A DNA stretch of 63,300 bases, the filler included, from Ministeria vibrans ATCC 50519 (taxonomy: Eukaryota; Protista; Filasterea): NCBI GenBank assembly GCA_943704425.1. It is 9 parts of 9 records of this genome, joined end to end, with 100 filler letters (N's around TTAATTAATTAA, not from the genome) between each part and the next. Parts side by side here need not be neighbours in the genome. Positions count along the whole stretch, not along the records: positions 2,232 to 22,235 come from CALSCP010002242.1; positions 22,336 to 24,415 come from CALSCP010002405.1; positions 24,516 to 45,426 come from CALSCP010001865.1; 6 more parts are not named here. The stretch is one strand, 5' to 3'. Position 1 is the stretch's first letter; every line of letters starts with the position of its first letter. This document shows, piece by piece, positions 17,830 through 33,674 of this stretch. Position numbers and translations under genes: made by a program. The notes beneath the pieces were generated by a model. The model saw only the letters and a list, made by a program, of their open reading frames with translations. It was not told the DNA's origin and did no database searches.

Positions 17830-19136
17830 ATGTCGGTTGTAACGGTGCAGGTTGGCCAGTGTGGCAACCAGACTGGCGGATCGTTCTTCGACGTGCTGGC
17901 AAGCGATCTCATCCGGCCTGGCGAGGGGGGCGCCCGTGCCAGTCGAGAATACTGTCAACAGTCGCGAAATCGCTTTTTCCGGCAACGTCCCCGACGCGGC
18001 TTGTCTTCGGCTGCGGACGAACCCGAACATGTTGCCAGGGCGGTTCTTGTGGATATGGAACAGAAGGTACGCCGCGACGGTGCGTGTGTTGGGTTTGGTG
18101 CAAGCACTCACTGACAGGAGGGGGGGGGTCTCAGGCGGTCGCTGCGACGCGGACGAGTGCACTGCGGGGCGGCCACTATGTGTACGATGCGCATCGCGAG
18201 TATGTAGCACGCCGTGGCTCTGGCAACAATTGGGCGTACGGCTACAGGGGCCACGGCGCGACGGCGTGCGACGACATTGTCGAGATGGTACGACAGGAAG
18301 TCGAACTGTGCGATGGACTCGACGGCTTCCTCGTGCCCATGAGTCTCGCGGGCGGTACCGGCTCGGGGGTGGGCACGGCACTTACGGAGGCACTGCGAGA
18401 CCGGTTCCCCTCGGCGTTCCTCTTCAACCAGGTAGTGTGGCCCTACAGCACCGGCGAGGTCATTGTGCAGCACTACAACGCAGCACTCACGCTGGCACAT
18501 CTGCACGCCGCCAGCGACGGCATCCTCATCTTTGAAAATGACGCCCTTCAGGCGACATGCACGCGTCTGCTGGGCCTCAAGGACGTCTCGTTCGACGCCA
18601 TCAATGGCCTCATTGCCCAGAGCATGGCGTGTGTCTTCCAGCCCGTCTCGCCCTCCTGCGCCGCCCCCGCCCCGCTCGGTGCTCTTTGCGACGCTGTCTG
18701 CACCCATCCCAGCTTTCCCTTGCTTACCGTTGCCACCGCTCCCATCATGCCTGACTCATCGCGACCCTTCACGACCTACCGATGGCCTGCCGTCCTGCGT
18801 CCCGTCTCGACCGCCCTGAGAGACCGCGCCGTCGCCTCGCTTGTTGTCCTCCGCGGACCCGACGCACCCTCGCAAGCCCGCCAACTTTACTCTAACTCGC
18901 ACACAACCGTCTGGCACTCTGAACGACCCTTTCACCGTCACGAGCTCAGTGCCGCCGTCGTCACCAACTCCCAATCGGTCGTGCGTCCCCTCGAGCACAC
19001 CATGACTCGCGCGTCTGCCATGCTCGCCGCGCGTGCCTTTCTCCACCAGTACGAGCGCCACGGAGTGTCCTCCGACGACTTTGTCATCGCCTTCGCGCGC
19101 GTCGAACAGCTCATTCGTAACTATCAAACCTTGTAA
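17830..19136 (+). CDS. TUBD1: Delta-tubulin
   Basis: MSVVTVQVGQCGNQ, ARAVLVDME, GSGNNWAYGY, SLAGGTGSGVG, VWPYSTGEVIVQHYN, AFLHQY; one intron ~18067-18134. Confidence 0.95.
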
Positions 19137-19192
19137 AGTACACGAAACTAAAATAATCAACTAAAATATGTCTAATTCAACTTTTTTTTCCA

Positions 19193-21148
<1,956 letters not shown>

Positions 21149-21205
21149 ATAAAAAATATAGATCATTTTTTAGTTTTAATCTACGAATTGGAGCAATTCT
21201 TCGGC

Positions 21206-21753
21206 ATGCTTCGGACTCGACTGGCACAGATGCTGGGACCGCTGCTGGAGGGCAATGGGTTTGACAAGACGGTGGGTCTGGCACACTTGCAAGTGCGCTC
21301 GGCCGAGGCAGGGCGCGCCCAGTTCGCCCTGACGCTGACGGAGGACCACATGGCAAGACGGGCGCTGTGGTGTGGGCGAGCAGTGCGCACGCGTGGTTAT
21401 AATGCGAGTGTTGTGTGTTGTGCAGAATCGAATGGGCTTCCTCCACGGCGGAATGAGCGCAACGCTTGTTGACGTGTGCACGACGCTCGCGATGATGACG
21501 CAGGAGAACGCACGGCCAGGCGTGACCACAGACCTCAACGTCAGCTATTTGAGTGCTGTCCCGGCGGTAGGACGAGACGGCGTGTGTCACTGTGATTGAC
21601 TGATCAGTCTTCACTTGTGGAGTGTAGGGTGAGGAGATTACCATTGATGCTCGCGTGCTGCGAACTGGAAGAACACTCTCGTTCTCGTCTTGTGACATTC
21701 TTGCTGGCGAGAGGCTAGTGGCGACTGGGCGTCACACCAAATTTGTTGGTTGA
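21206..21753 (+). CDS. PaaI/hot-dog acyl-CoA thioesterase (ACOT13/THEM2-like)
   Basis: NRMGFLHGGMSATLVD, GVTTDLNVSYLS, GRTLSF, ATGRHTKF. Confidence 0.9.
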
Positions 21754-21910
21754 ATGAAATTATTGCTATGAACTTAAAAAAAATACAATTATTATTGTAG
21801 TTTTTTTTTCCCCTTTGACCAGTCGCATTGCAAGCGTTGTTTGGAGACAGTGCCCGCTGTTTACGGTCCAGCCAGCGTTCTTCCTTTCGTCACTCGTTGC
21901 GATCACAATT

Positions 21911-23748
<1,838 letters not shown>

Positions 23749-23966
23749 GCAATTTATAATACAACATTAGTCTATACTTGGTGTCTCCCACCCTACATGC
23801 AACGAAGCGCTCTTGCCCCTTCGAAGGTCTTCTTCTTTGGTGGCACTCTTGAGAGAAGTCATAATTATAATACTAATCAATTACAATTAATAATTTTCAC
23901 TATTATTTTTTTCTGAATCCCCTCGTTCAGCTCTTTCACGTGGTTGAATCGGTGCCGTAAAGGCGC

Positions 23967-24378
23967 ATGACCTTCAACCTATCTTTATTGGTTTGCTCAG
24001 AAGTGCAGGTGAGTCATATTTGCGACTGCTCGACAACACAAATCTCATTCTCTCTGTCACTGTCTCTCTCTCTCTCCCTTCTTCTCCCTCCCAGGTCTTG
24101 TGTGCAACCCTTTCAAAGAAAACTAGCAAAGCAGCCGTCGCTGAGCTTAACGAGGTGCGTTGTATGATTGTGCTTTCCTTTTTCTCTCTCGTCCGTTGTC
24201 AACTATTCCCTCTCTCACACACACACACTCTCTCTCTCTCTCAATCTCTCAATCTCTCTCTCATACTCCTCCCCCCCGCCTCCCCGCCCGGTCCGTCCAG
24301 CTCGTCAACGTCCACGGCTCCGAAGCGTACGCCTTCGCTGTGCGCTGTCTCCTCCAACCAGACGCAGATCAGCCAGAG
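23967..24378 (+). CDS. CNOT1: CCR4-NOT subunit 1, N-terminal exons (3'-partial)
   Basis: Spliced peptide ..LSKKTSKAAVAELNE/LVNVHGSEAYAFAVRCLL resembles the Not1 N-terminus (L.KK....EI..LV..HG.E....LRCL). Confidence 0.7.
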
Positions 24379-24537
24379 GTAAAAAAAAAAAAAAAAAAAA
24401 AAACGCTCTCTTTCCNNNNNNNNNNNNNNNNNNNNNNNNNNNNNNNNNNNNNNNNNNNNTTAATTAATTAANNNNNNNNNNNNNNNNNNNNNNNNNNNNN
24501 NNNNNNNNNNNNNNNTAATAATAATAAAAATAATAAA

Positions 24538-24603
<66 letters not shown>

Positions 24604-24697
24604 TTTAATACTATTTAATTATAAGATAATAATATATAGATACGTATTTTATTTAATTTGTTATGAGTTACGAGTTATGATTAGTATAAAGGATATT

Positions 24698-27538
24698 TTA
24701 GAGAGCAGTTTCGTTGATGGCAGCGTCGTTGTCGTCGTTGTGGTCGTCGTCAATGCGCAACTCGAGAGTCATTGGCGTCTCCTTTGTCATTTCCTCTGCA
24801 TTGTCCTCGTGCCAGGAGGTCGTAGTACCGCCAGTTTCGTCATGGGAATCAGCAGCAGCAGTTGCAGTGACACCATCACCATCACCATCGGCATTAGTAT
24901 CAGTATCGATCGACTGGATATCATCGCCAAATCCATCGGCAACAACGACCACCGCCAGTTCGTGGGCGGTCAGCGTCTGTTCCTCTTTGTCAGTGCCCGC
25001 GTCGCTGCTATTTTCTTCGTTGTCACCCGTGCGCAAGTGGCTGTCAAGCGACACTGCCTGGCTGTTGGTCGACACGAGAATGTCGGAGCAATGTGGTTGT
25101 TGGCGTCGACGGCGATACACCACGATGAGAAGTATTGCGACAAGGGCAATGGCAATGACGGCAATGACAGCAACCACAACGGTCGAAGACGAGGAAGAGG
25201 AGGGAGAAGAAGAGGGTGTACCGGCGTTGGCAGCCGAGAGTACTTGCGACGGATAAAATGGGTAGGTGCGCAGGTCGTCAGGAGTGAGACCAAGGGACAT
25301 GGGCATGGGTGTCATGGCGTTGTCCTGTTCGGGCAATGGTGGTAACTGTACATTTGCGGGGCACGATGACAAGTCGTTCATGACAATATGGAGGCGCACG
25401 GTGGGCGCCTCAGAGGGCAGGTTGTTGGCAACATCGTGAACAAGACCCTCTCCGAGGCCCACGAGCAGATCCTCATCGCTGACATCGCTGGGGATCGATG
25501 GGTTGACAAAAAACGAAATGACTATGGTGTGGGGTGCGCGAAAGGTTGCCGTGGGTGACACAGTCACAAAGCTAGTGTGCGGCTGGGGAATGACCACTTT
25601 GCTAGGGTCAAACGAGTGAACGCCATTGCTGCTGGAACCAAAAAAAACATTGCGGAAGGTGAGGTGAGCATCGAAGCGATGACAGTCGCCGCCAATGCCC
25701 TGTACCACGCCCCATACAACAGGCTTGACGCGGCGAGTAGGCTGGCAGCCGGTGGCGACAAGCGCGTCGCCATGTGAGAGTGACACATTGCTGACGACGG
25801 TCGACGGATCGAACTCGACAATGTTTACAGCGGCATTCGGCTCGACGCCACGCACCACATTGACGGTGCGGCTGGCAGGCCAGTACACGACAACCGAGTA
25901 GAGGTGCTGAGTGTTGGAGGTGAGAATGGAGGTGCGCGAGGCACCCAGTCCAAAGTGGGGCCACAGCGCACTGCGAGCCATGAAGTGATCGCCTGTGACG
26001 CCCATTTCCCACAACGTAAGAGTGCCAGCAGCACACATGTACACGCGTGCGCCAATGCCTCGACGATTGGAGCGTACGCCGCGTAACATCACGCGCGTCC
26101 ACGCGTTTGGCTCGGTCACGGTCGAGGCGGACGGGCGATTCTCGTAGAGACGGGGTGCGTGTGGGCCACTGCGCACGGTCAAGAGATCCAGATCGCCATC
26201 GCCGTCAAAGTCAAAGGACGTGACGGTGCGCGTGTCCTCCGTAAACATCCCATGGTTGGAAAGGTCGTACGTGAAAAAGGGCGCAGTGGGACTGCCGATA
26301 TTTTCAAGAAGGGGACGCGTGAGGACGGGTCGAAGGCCCGTGGGCACGTAGCCGCCCGTGACAGCAACCGAGAGCATGCCGCTGTTGTCTATGTCGGTAG
26401 AGGTGACACCCCACAGCCAGCCAAAAGTGACAGCCGGATCCACATAGGTATTAGTCATAGCGTGACCTTGGTTCCAAAAGAGCATTTGATTGATGTCGCT
26501 CACGACAAAGTCGGTGCGACCGTCGTGGTCAAGGTCCGCGCCAGCCAGTCCCATTTCGGCGGCAAACCCCGCTGAAACGCCAACGTTTGGCGACATCGAC
26601 GCCGTGGCGTCGCTGAATGCAATTGATGTGTTGATGGCAGGGTCACCCAGGTTCAGGAAGAATCGATCGGTGGAAAAATCGCCGGCGACAATGAGGTCTG
26701 GCCAGCCATCGCCGTCAAGATCGCCAAAGGCGCCCGCAAAGGCGTACGCCTGAAGTGACGAAATAGGCACCAAGGCCTCCAGTTGGGATGTCACATCGAC
26801 AAAGTAGCCGGCGCGTGAGCTGTCACGGCCGCCTTCGTTGTGATAGAAGCGAATGGAGGCGTTATCCTCGTACGCGCCCGGCGACGACACAAACTCCGAT
26901 GTCCAAAAGAACACGGCAAGGTCGAGAAAGCCGTCAAGGTCCCAGTCGACGGTCGAAATTGACGCTGGTCCATACGTCTGTTTGGGCAGAAGTTCTAGGT
27001 GCTGAGGACAGACAAAGCCGCGCTGTTCGGAAACCTCCTCAAATTGAACGGCGCCTGTCTGTGGGGACACGCCGAGGTTGCGAAAGAGCAAGCAACGCGA
27101 CTTGACGTCTGTGTACACACCTAACATGAGTAGATCGAGCATTCCGTCGTTGTCGACGTCAATCCAAGCTGCGCCAGACATGGTGAGTGAGTCGGCAAGG
27201 GAGGCGTTGGCGGGGAAGACGGGAGCGAGCTGTTCGAGAGACACGTCGGTGTAGTGAGTTCCGTCGTGTCGATAGAGCACGGGCATCTCCCGAAAGCGCG
27301 TAAAAACAATGTCCTCGTCGCCGTCGTTGTCGTAGTCACCCACGGCGACACCGCCGAGCGTAAGATCAAAGCCTGCACGGTAGTCTTGATTGTAGAAGTC
27401 ATTGTACAGCTCTTGCTGTGCCGTGGCCGTCTGATGGATATGGTTAAGCCCCATCGACGGTGCAACGTCCACATAGTGTCGACCGTCGGAATTGCGAATG
27501 AAAAGGAGCGCCACAAAGAGAAAAAGAATGAGCGACCG
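24698..27538 (-). CDS. CRTAC1/ASPIC-UnbV family FG-GAP repeat protein, single-pass membrane
   Basis: Repeated DxDxDGxxD motifs (DYDNDGDED, DVDNDGMLD, DLDGDGWPD, DFDGDGDLD); ASPIC motif SNRRGIGARV..HFGLG..V.WP; TM helix then RRRR; hydrophobic leader just after an AG acceptor near 27539. Confidence 0.88.
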   Translation of the reverse strand, partial: RSLILFLFVALLFIRNSDGRHYVDVAPSMGLNHIHQTATAQQELYNDFYNQDYRAGFDLTLGGVAVGDYDNDGDEDIVFTRFREMPVLYRHDGTHYTDVSLEQLAPVFPANASLADSLTMSGAAWIDVDNDGMLDLLMLGVYTDVKSRCLLFRNLGVSPQTGAVQFEEVSEQRGFVCPQHLELLPKQTYGPASISTVDWDLDGFLDLAVFFWTSEFVSSPGAYEDNASIRFYHNEGGRDSSRAGYFVDVTSQLEALVPISSLQAYAFAGAFGDLDGDGWPDLIVAGDFSTDRFFLNLGDPAINTSIAFSDATASMSPNVGVSAGFAAEMGLAGADLDHDGRTDFVVSDINQMLFWNQGHAMTNTYVDPAVTFGWLWGVTSTDIDNSGMLSVAVTGGYVPTGLRPVLTRPLLENIGSPTAPFFTYDLSNHGMFTEDTRTVTSFDFDGDGDLDLLTVRSGPHAPRLYENRPSASTVTEPNAWTRVMLRGVRSNRRGIGARVYMCAAGTLTLWEMGVTGDHFMARSALWPHFGLGASRTSILTSNTQHLYSVVVYWPASRTVNVVRGVEPNAAVNIVEFDPSTVVSNVSLSHGDALVATGCQPTRRVKPVVWGVVQGIGGDCHRFDAHLTFRNVFFGSSSNGVHSFDPSKVVIPQPHTSFVTVSPTATFRAPHTIVISFFVNPSIPSDVSDEDLLVGLGEGLVHDVANNLPSEAPTVRLHIVMNDLSSCPANVQLPPLPEQDNAMTPMPMSLGLTPDDLRTYPFYPSQVLSAANAGTPSSSPSSSSSSTVVVAVIAVIAIALVAILLIVVYRRRRQQPHCSDILVSTNSQAVSLDSHLRTGDNEENSSDAGTDKEEQTLTAHELAVVVVADGFGDDIQSIDTDTNADGDGDGVTATAAADSHDETGGTTTSWHEDNAEEMTKETPMTLELRIDDDHNDDNDAAINETAL

Positions 27539-28567
27539 CTAAAAACCAAAATGTTGTGTCAATATAATGATTTATTTTGAACGTGAGAAAAGTTCGAAAA
27601 AAAAGGTAGAAAGAAACACGAAAAAGCGGCAAGTACGCAACAAACAACGTAAATCATAAACGACAACCAGGTCGTAGAGAGACGGTAGTCATGGGAGAGA
27701 CTGCGAGAAGGGAAAAAAAAAAAAAAAAAAAAAAAAAAACAAANNNNNNNNNNCGGATTAATATTGAGAACAGTGAGTGACAAGTTGCATAAGTGGGAAT
27801 GTAACACAAAACGTTTCTTTGTACCAGACACTAAAAAAACGAAGTTAGGTTTCAACGGTCAAACGTCGGCGCTGTTGCGGCCCAAGCGGGCATGCAAGGG
27901 ATACACAGGCGTGGGTTGAGTGTGTGCGTGCGTGGGGGAGTGCTGGTGGGCGTGGAGGGGCGCAGGAAGATGTCGGTGTTTTAACGGCACGTTGCCTTCG
28001 CCATCGCCCGCGACGCGTCGAGAGGCCGCCGCCGCCGCCCCCACGTATGCACAGTGTGGGTGCTGCAGGGTGGTCGGGCGGTCGTGCTTCTTTCCTCTTC
28101 TCTATCTTTTATCTTTTTTCTTTTCTTTTCTTTTTTTTCTCACCATTCTCGCTAAGCAAATTCAGGCACGTCTCAGACTCGGTGAAGCAAATCAAAAGAA
28201 CTGGCCCTTCCTGTTTAAACGCGACAGAGTACACGCGGAATGATTGAAGAAATATTCTAATCGTATATTTAAATTTTGTTGCGTAAACATCGCGTTGATT
28301 TGTTTTGATGTGAAAATGTCAAATTTTCCGTTTGACTGAGCGAATTTTCCAGTTGGGCAAGCGCCAAGCACTGGGTCACTTGTTGGTCGAGCGCGATCCG
28401 GGACAAACGCATTGCTTTGTTGCTGCTCAATTCACAATTTTTCAGAAAAGTGAAGAAAAAAAAAAACAATCTTTGTGCGAAATGAATTAATAAAGTTATT
28501 TACTCTCCAAATTCTCGAATCTCGACCAATTTATCTCCTCAGATCTTCACACGCACCTTAACCGGCA

Positions 28568-29805
28568 ATGGCGCTACTACTGGCATCGACGACGATGTTG
28601 CCAGCAAGCGCGCTTTTGCTGGGCCCCGCCTTGACTGTGCGGGTGAGTGTCATTCTCTGTGTCGTCCACAGCCTGATCGCTGCCGTACGAATCTCGCTGC
28701 TACGGCCCATTGCGTGGGCGCTTCAGGTCCCATTCCTTGTTGTTGTGGCCCTGGTAGATGCTTACACCGGCCTATCGGCACCTCTGGCCAGGTGGATTGT
28801 CGGTAAGCAAAGCACAAGGAATGAGTTGGGTGTTCACCGCTCAAACGTGCAGGATTGAACGTCCCCGAGAAGGCACACAGTCTGCTGGTGTTTGGAGAAC
28901 CGTTGTTTGTCATGGTTGTCGTGATACTGACGTCGGATGGCCTTGCGTGGATCATGCGACGTCGCGAGACGGTCGGAAAGTCGCTCGTGTTGGGCGGCTC
29001 GTTTTGTGCTGCGCTCTTTGCCACACAGACCTTCTATTCGGTGTGGTCTCGGGACGATCTCATTGCCGGCTCTCACTCTGCCGTCGTGGTGAGCTCTCTT
29101 CTCGCAGTCACTCTCGTTGTGCTCTCGCTGGTCATTGACAGAGCAGTGCTGACCGAGCCGCTCATTCTCGCTCTCTACTTCTCCCTCATGGCTGCCACAT
29201 ACCTGCCGGTACGCGCGGCATCAACGCATCAACCGCTTGATGCTCCACCTCAAGCAGTTTCCTTTGATTTAGACCTCGAGTAAGAATTGTCCACATTAAT
29301 TATGAGTGAAACAAACACTTCCTTTCCCCTTGTGTAATCCAGCCCGTTTCCCGACTGTGACGGAAACGCCGCCAGCTATCATTGTCTGTCGGGAATCCTC
29401 TTTACACTGCGGTCACGCGTCGACACCCTCGGTGAATACGTTGCACGCCTGGCAACGGTCGCAGCAACGCGTGCACGCGTCTCATGGGCCAACCTGTCGG
29501 GTGCGGGTGCGCTGCTCCTCTTGCGTCAGGCAGTGCTTCTTGTGTGTGCTGTGGACCACCGATTCTGGCGCCTCACTGACGTAGGCATTGCAGACGAAGA
29601 CACGGAGCAAACAGACGAGATTGGTCACAGCAGAGGGCCCGACAGCGAAGGGTCGCGACTCATTGCGACAGTGCTGTACACGGCGACGATCACTCATCTC
29701 GCACTCCTCTTCTCTCACAGCTCTCTTTTGACTCCCTCTGTCTTCTCTGCGCTCACGGGTCCCATCATTGGCTCAATCTTGTACTTTTACTATTGTCTTA
29801 AATAA
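28568..29805 (+). CDS. Polytopic membrane protein, possibly ICE2-like
   Basis: Several hydrophobic helices over about 3 exons with an acidic loop near the C-terminus; only weak recalled resemblance to ICE2. Confidence 0.5.
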
Positions 29806-29966
29806 AACTTTGAAGAGTGTAAAAACAAAAATAACTCTGATGAAGGAAGGTCAGCAAACGACACGATGATGCGACGGGTTTGTTTAACGTGCGTCTGCCT
29901 ATACTGCAGCGTCAACGGTAGACGCTGCATACACGTAGTAATACCTACTGTGGCGCTGAGTGCCGT

Positions 29967-30443
29967 CTACTCACAAGCGTGTGGAGTGAGAAAGCCCACA
30001 TGGCCATCCAAAGTGCCAATCGCAATCAAAGGCGCAGCCGGAGACCATCTGCAAAACGCAACAGACCAAAATAACCATTAGTTGTTCCACTTTATTTGTT
30101 CTTTCTCCCTCCCTCCTCTCTCTATTTGTTCTCTCTCCCTCCCTCCTCTCTCTATTTGTTCTTTCTCCCTCCCTCCTCTCTCTATTGGTTCTCTCTCCCT
30201 CCCTCCTCTCTCTATTTGTTTTTTCTCCCTCCCTCCTCTCTCTATTTGTTCTCTCTCCCTCCCTCCTCTCTCTATTTGTTCTTTCTCCCTCCCTCCTCTC
30301 TCTATTTGTTCTCTCTCCCTCCCTCCTCTCTCTATTTGTTCTTTCTCCCTCCCTCTTCTCTCTATTTGTTCTCTCTCCCTCCCTCCTCTCTCTATTTGTT
30401 CTTTCTCCCTCCCTCCTCTCTCTATTGGTTCTCTCTCTCCCTC

Positions 30444-30542
<99 letters not shown>

Positions 30543-31834
30543 CTTCCTTTCTTTCTCCCTCAAACGATCTCGTCACTTTATCTCTTTCTCCCTCCCACTT
30601 TGTTTCTTTTTCCCTTCTTTCTCTCTCCCTCTTTACCCACTATGACTTACTCGGCTTTAAGGACAATGGACGAGTGAGAGGGGAGCGACGGAGGAAAGGC
30701 AATGGGGCGCGGTTGGAGGGGCGCCTGTCGGTGGGTGATGGGTGTTGTGAGACCATCGAGGAAAGGGAAGATGCGTACAGAGCGGTAGTGGGGGGAAACA
30801 AAGAAAGCGGCCTTGGGAGCAAAGGAGACGCCCTTGATGAAGGCGTTGTTGTCGTCGGCGATGGTCAGGGGGGAATGCTCGGAGACGGCGAGCACGAGGG
30901 GAAGACCGAGCGTGCGGTTCTCGTCAAGGTTGTAGATGTGCGTGGTGGACGAGTCGGACTGGCGTGCAAGAAGGAAGCGTGAGGAGGAGTCAATGGCCAA
31001 GTCGTTGGTTGGGAAGTATGTTTCGAGGCGTGTTACTTGAATTTGATTGGGGGTCACGCGAGAGGCGCGCGGTTCCTCAGCGACTCTCTCGTCGAATGCA
31101 GCGAGGCGTCTTCGCAGGCAATCACGCAACTTCGCTGGTGACAGTGCATACCTCAGCGAAGGAATGTCAAGATTGCGAATCGTCAAGAGATAACTGTGGC
31201 GTGTGGCCAAGACTAGCGTGGTGCCGTCGGGCGACAACACAGCGCGACACAACCGATCCACCTCAATCACGATAGGCTCTCCCTCATTTCCATTGATTGG
31301 CCAACATCGAAGGGTCTCGTCAAAGGCACACGTCAAGAACCACTGTCGATCCGAAGACATCTCGATGTTTTTCACCCAGTGCTCGTGTCGAAGGGGAACC
31401 GGACAGACAGTCAGTTCTCTGCGTAAATCGCGCACATCCCAAACTCTACAGAAACAATCCTCGCCACCCGTTGCAAACACCGAATCACCCAGCGCCTTGG
31501 CAACATTCACCCCATCGGTGTGCGCCTTGAAGCGATGAAACGCCCTGTGTGTTCGTGTGTCGTGCAGCTGCACTGCGCCAAAGGCATGCGTCGACAGCAA
31601 CGTCTCGCACTGTCCTCCGAGAAACTCCAAATTATATGTCGCACCCAGGGTGTCGTCGGTGCACATATGCACAGTACGCATGTTGAACAGCGACACAATG
31701 CTTCTTGGTAGAGTTGTGGCACGCACTCGCCCTTCCAACGTTGCGGTCAACAAAGCACTGCGACTGAATTCACGCGCAGTCACATGCCGATGCAATGACG
31801 ATCCGGTGACGGGCGTTTGCTGTCGATGTAACAT
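29967..31834 (-). CDS. DCAF10: DDB1/CUL4-associated WD40 protein DCAF10-like (exons ~31834-30651 and ~30048-29967)
   Basis: [31 protein letters not shown]...SPH; last exon [17 protein letters not shown] completes the final WD blade. Confidence 0.8.
30090..30430. repeat. 30-bp minisatellite (about 11 copies) in the DCAF10 intron, followed by (CT)n
   Basis: TCTATTTGTTCTYTCTCCCTCCCTCCTCTC repeated in tandem. Confidence 0.95.
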
Positions 31835-31933
31835 GTGTGTGAGAAGAGAAGTGAACAAAATTGTGATGACTAAAGAGTGAAAGTGAAAAATTGCCACTAC
31901 ACTCAATCACCTCACAATCATTTATTTTTTATC

Positions 31934-32563
31934 ATGTCAAACACAATAAAGGAACATTCTCCAGCTAGGTGGAGAAGAAGCCTTGCCTTGAAGCTTGCTC
32001 GTGCGTTACGAAGTGGTCGTCCTGATGATTTTTTTGACATTTACGATGATTCTAACAACGATTTCCATGGCAACGCGAACGTACAGAACCTTGTGGCCCC
32101 TTTACCTGATACTGATGGATGCTGTATCTAGTGGGATGCCGTCAAGGCCGATGCCCGAGAACTGTACTTGCTTGATGACGACACCTTCGAGTTGGCAGAA
32201 GAGGAAGAAGAAGACGAAGTAGAAGAAGAAGTAGCAGAAGAAGAAAGTCTCAATTGGCGTCAATCCCCGCTCCCTTTGGGCGTTTCCAGAGCCAACAGTA
32301 GTATCAATGAGAGCTCGAGCAGGAGGGGTGAAAGCCAGAGTCCCAAGAGACAAGCGTCGCAAGAATTCGACGCTGAAGAAGTTCGACAGTACTTTCTTCA
32401 GCAAAATCAAAATGGAATGGACAACCAATCAAGTCTTAGTAATCAAAATAATATAATTAATTTATCTCTAACTGATAGTATACGTCTTTTTTATTTGAAT
32501 CATGTGATTAAAGTGCAAGGGAAGAGAGGCTCTATGGCGCGCGCGCAAGGTGACGGAAAATGA
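31934..32563 (+). CDS. Small acidic hypothetical protein (3' end uncertain)
   Basis: ATG divergent from DCAF10, plausible intron ~32081-32131, Glu-rich ORF. Confidence 0.4.
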
Positions 32564-33674
32564 GATGAACCACGATCAAATGTGCGACAAATGCCATCGC
32601 ATTGAGCGCCACAAACTGCTCGACGATTTCCGTCGCAGTCAGCACGTGAAGAGTAATCTTTAAAGTGGAAGCACAGAGAGAAAATCAGTCGCTTAGCAAT
32701 AAACACACACATACTACTCTTATTCTTACCTGAAACACTTTCCAGAATTCAGCGTATTCGGGCGAAGTGGTTGTCATGAAGAGAGCAATGGCGGCATAGG
32801 AGAGGCAAGTATAGAGAAGGGCACGAAAGAGGCAGGCAAAGACGACGATGGAGGCGAGAAAGAGTGCAACAGGCACGGCCACAAGAGCGTACAAACGAAG
32901 ACGCACAAAGCGATGATCTGTCAGCTGCAGCAGACGCGCACGTACAGAGCCACGAGTCAGCTGGAAGGTGTGCTGCTGTTGCTGTGCCAAAGTAAGTTCG
33001 TTGTTAGGGTGACCGCCGGGAGCTGCGTTGTCAACAAAGAAGAGGGAGGCGAGCCAGCGCATGAGACCCACAACGGTAGTCCAAGAGTGTCGCAGCGCGT
33101 CGCGCTCTTCGCGCCGTCGATCGCTCTCGGACGGATCCAAATCGGTGTCAATAACGCCGTCACCGTCGTCACTACCACCGCTGTCGTCGAGGAAGCGCGA
33201 GAGTTCAATAGGAATGTAGTCGAGAGCGGCGGGCCAGTAGATGAAAAGAGTCGTCTCGGTGAACACTGCCAGCGCACCGTGCTTACGAATGTGCTCGAGC
33301 GTCTCGCCAACGTGCGCGTTGCTGACAAACACGAAGAGTGAATCGAAGTAGGTGTCGACGCCAGCGTTGTGTGTGTCGTGCGGGAAGGGGATTGTGATGG
33401 GGAGCGGCTGGTTGAACGAAAGCGTCGCGTCGACCGACGACCAACTGATGATAAGATCCTCGGGAATGACATTGGCGCCGTCGCTAATGAACGAGCGCAA
33501 GTCGAATCGTGCCAGAGGGAGCACGAATTTGCCCGTGGCGACCAGTGCGACGAGGAGAAGCAACATCGCGTAGTACGATCGTGTTTCGACCATGTCGCGC
33601 GACGTCATCACTTTCATGTAGTACTTCTTCGACGAGAGTGACCCCATCACGTGTTGCGCAAACCACCGAAGCAT
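32532..33674 (-). CDS. Hypothetical multi-pass membrane protein
   Basis: 335-aa ORF with hydrophobic helices; GTAAGA donor near 32730 leads to a final hydrophobic exon ending RHLARAP*. Confidence 0.6.

Noticed and set aside
29971-30982. Repetitive ORFs ([10 protein letters not shown] and similar) or a CRISPR-like array
   Set aside because: Head-to-tail 30-bp minisatellite inside the DCAF10 intron with no unique spacers.
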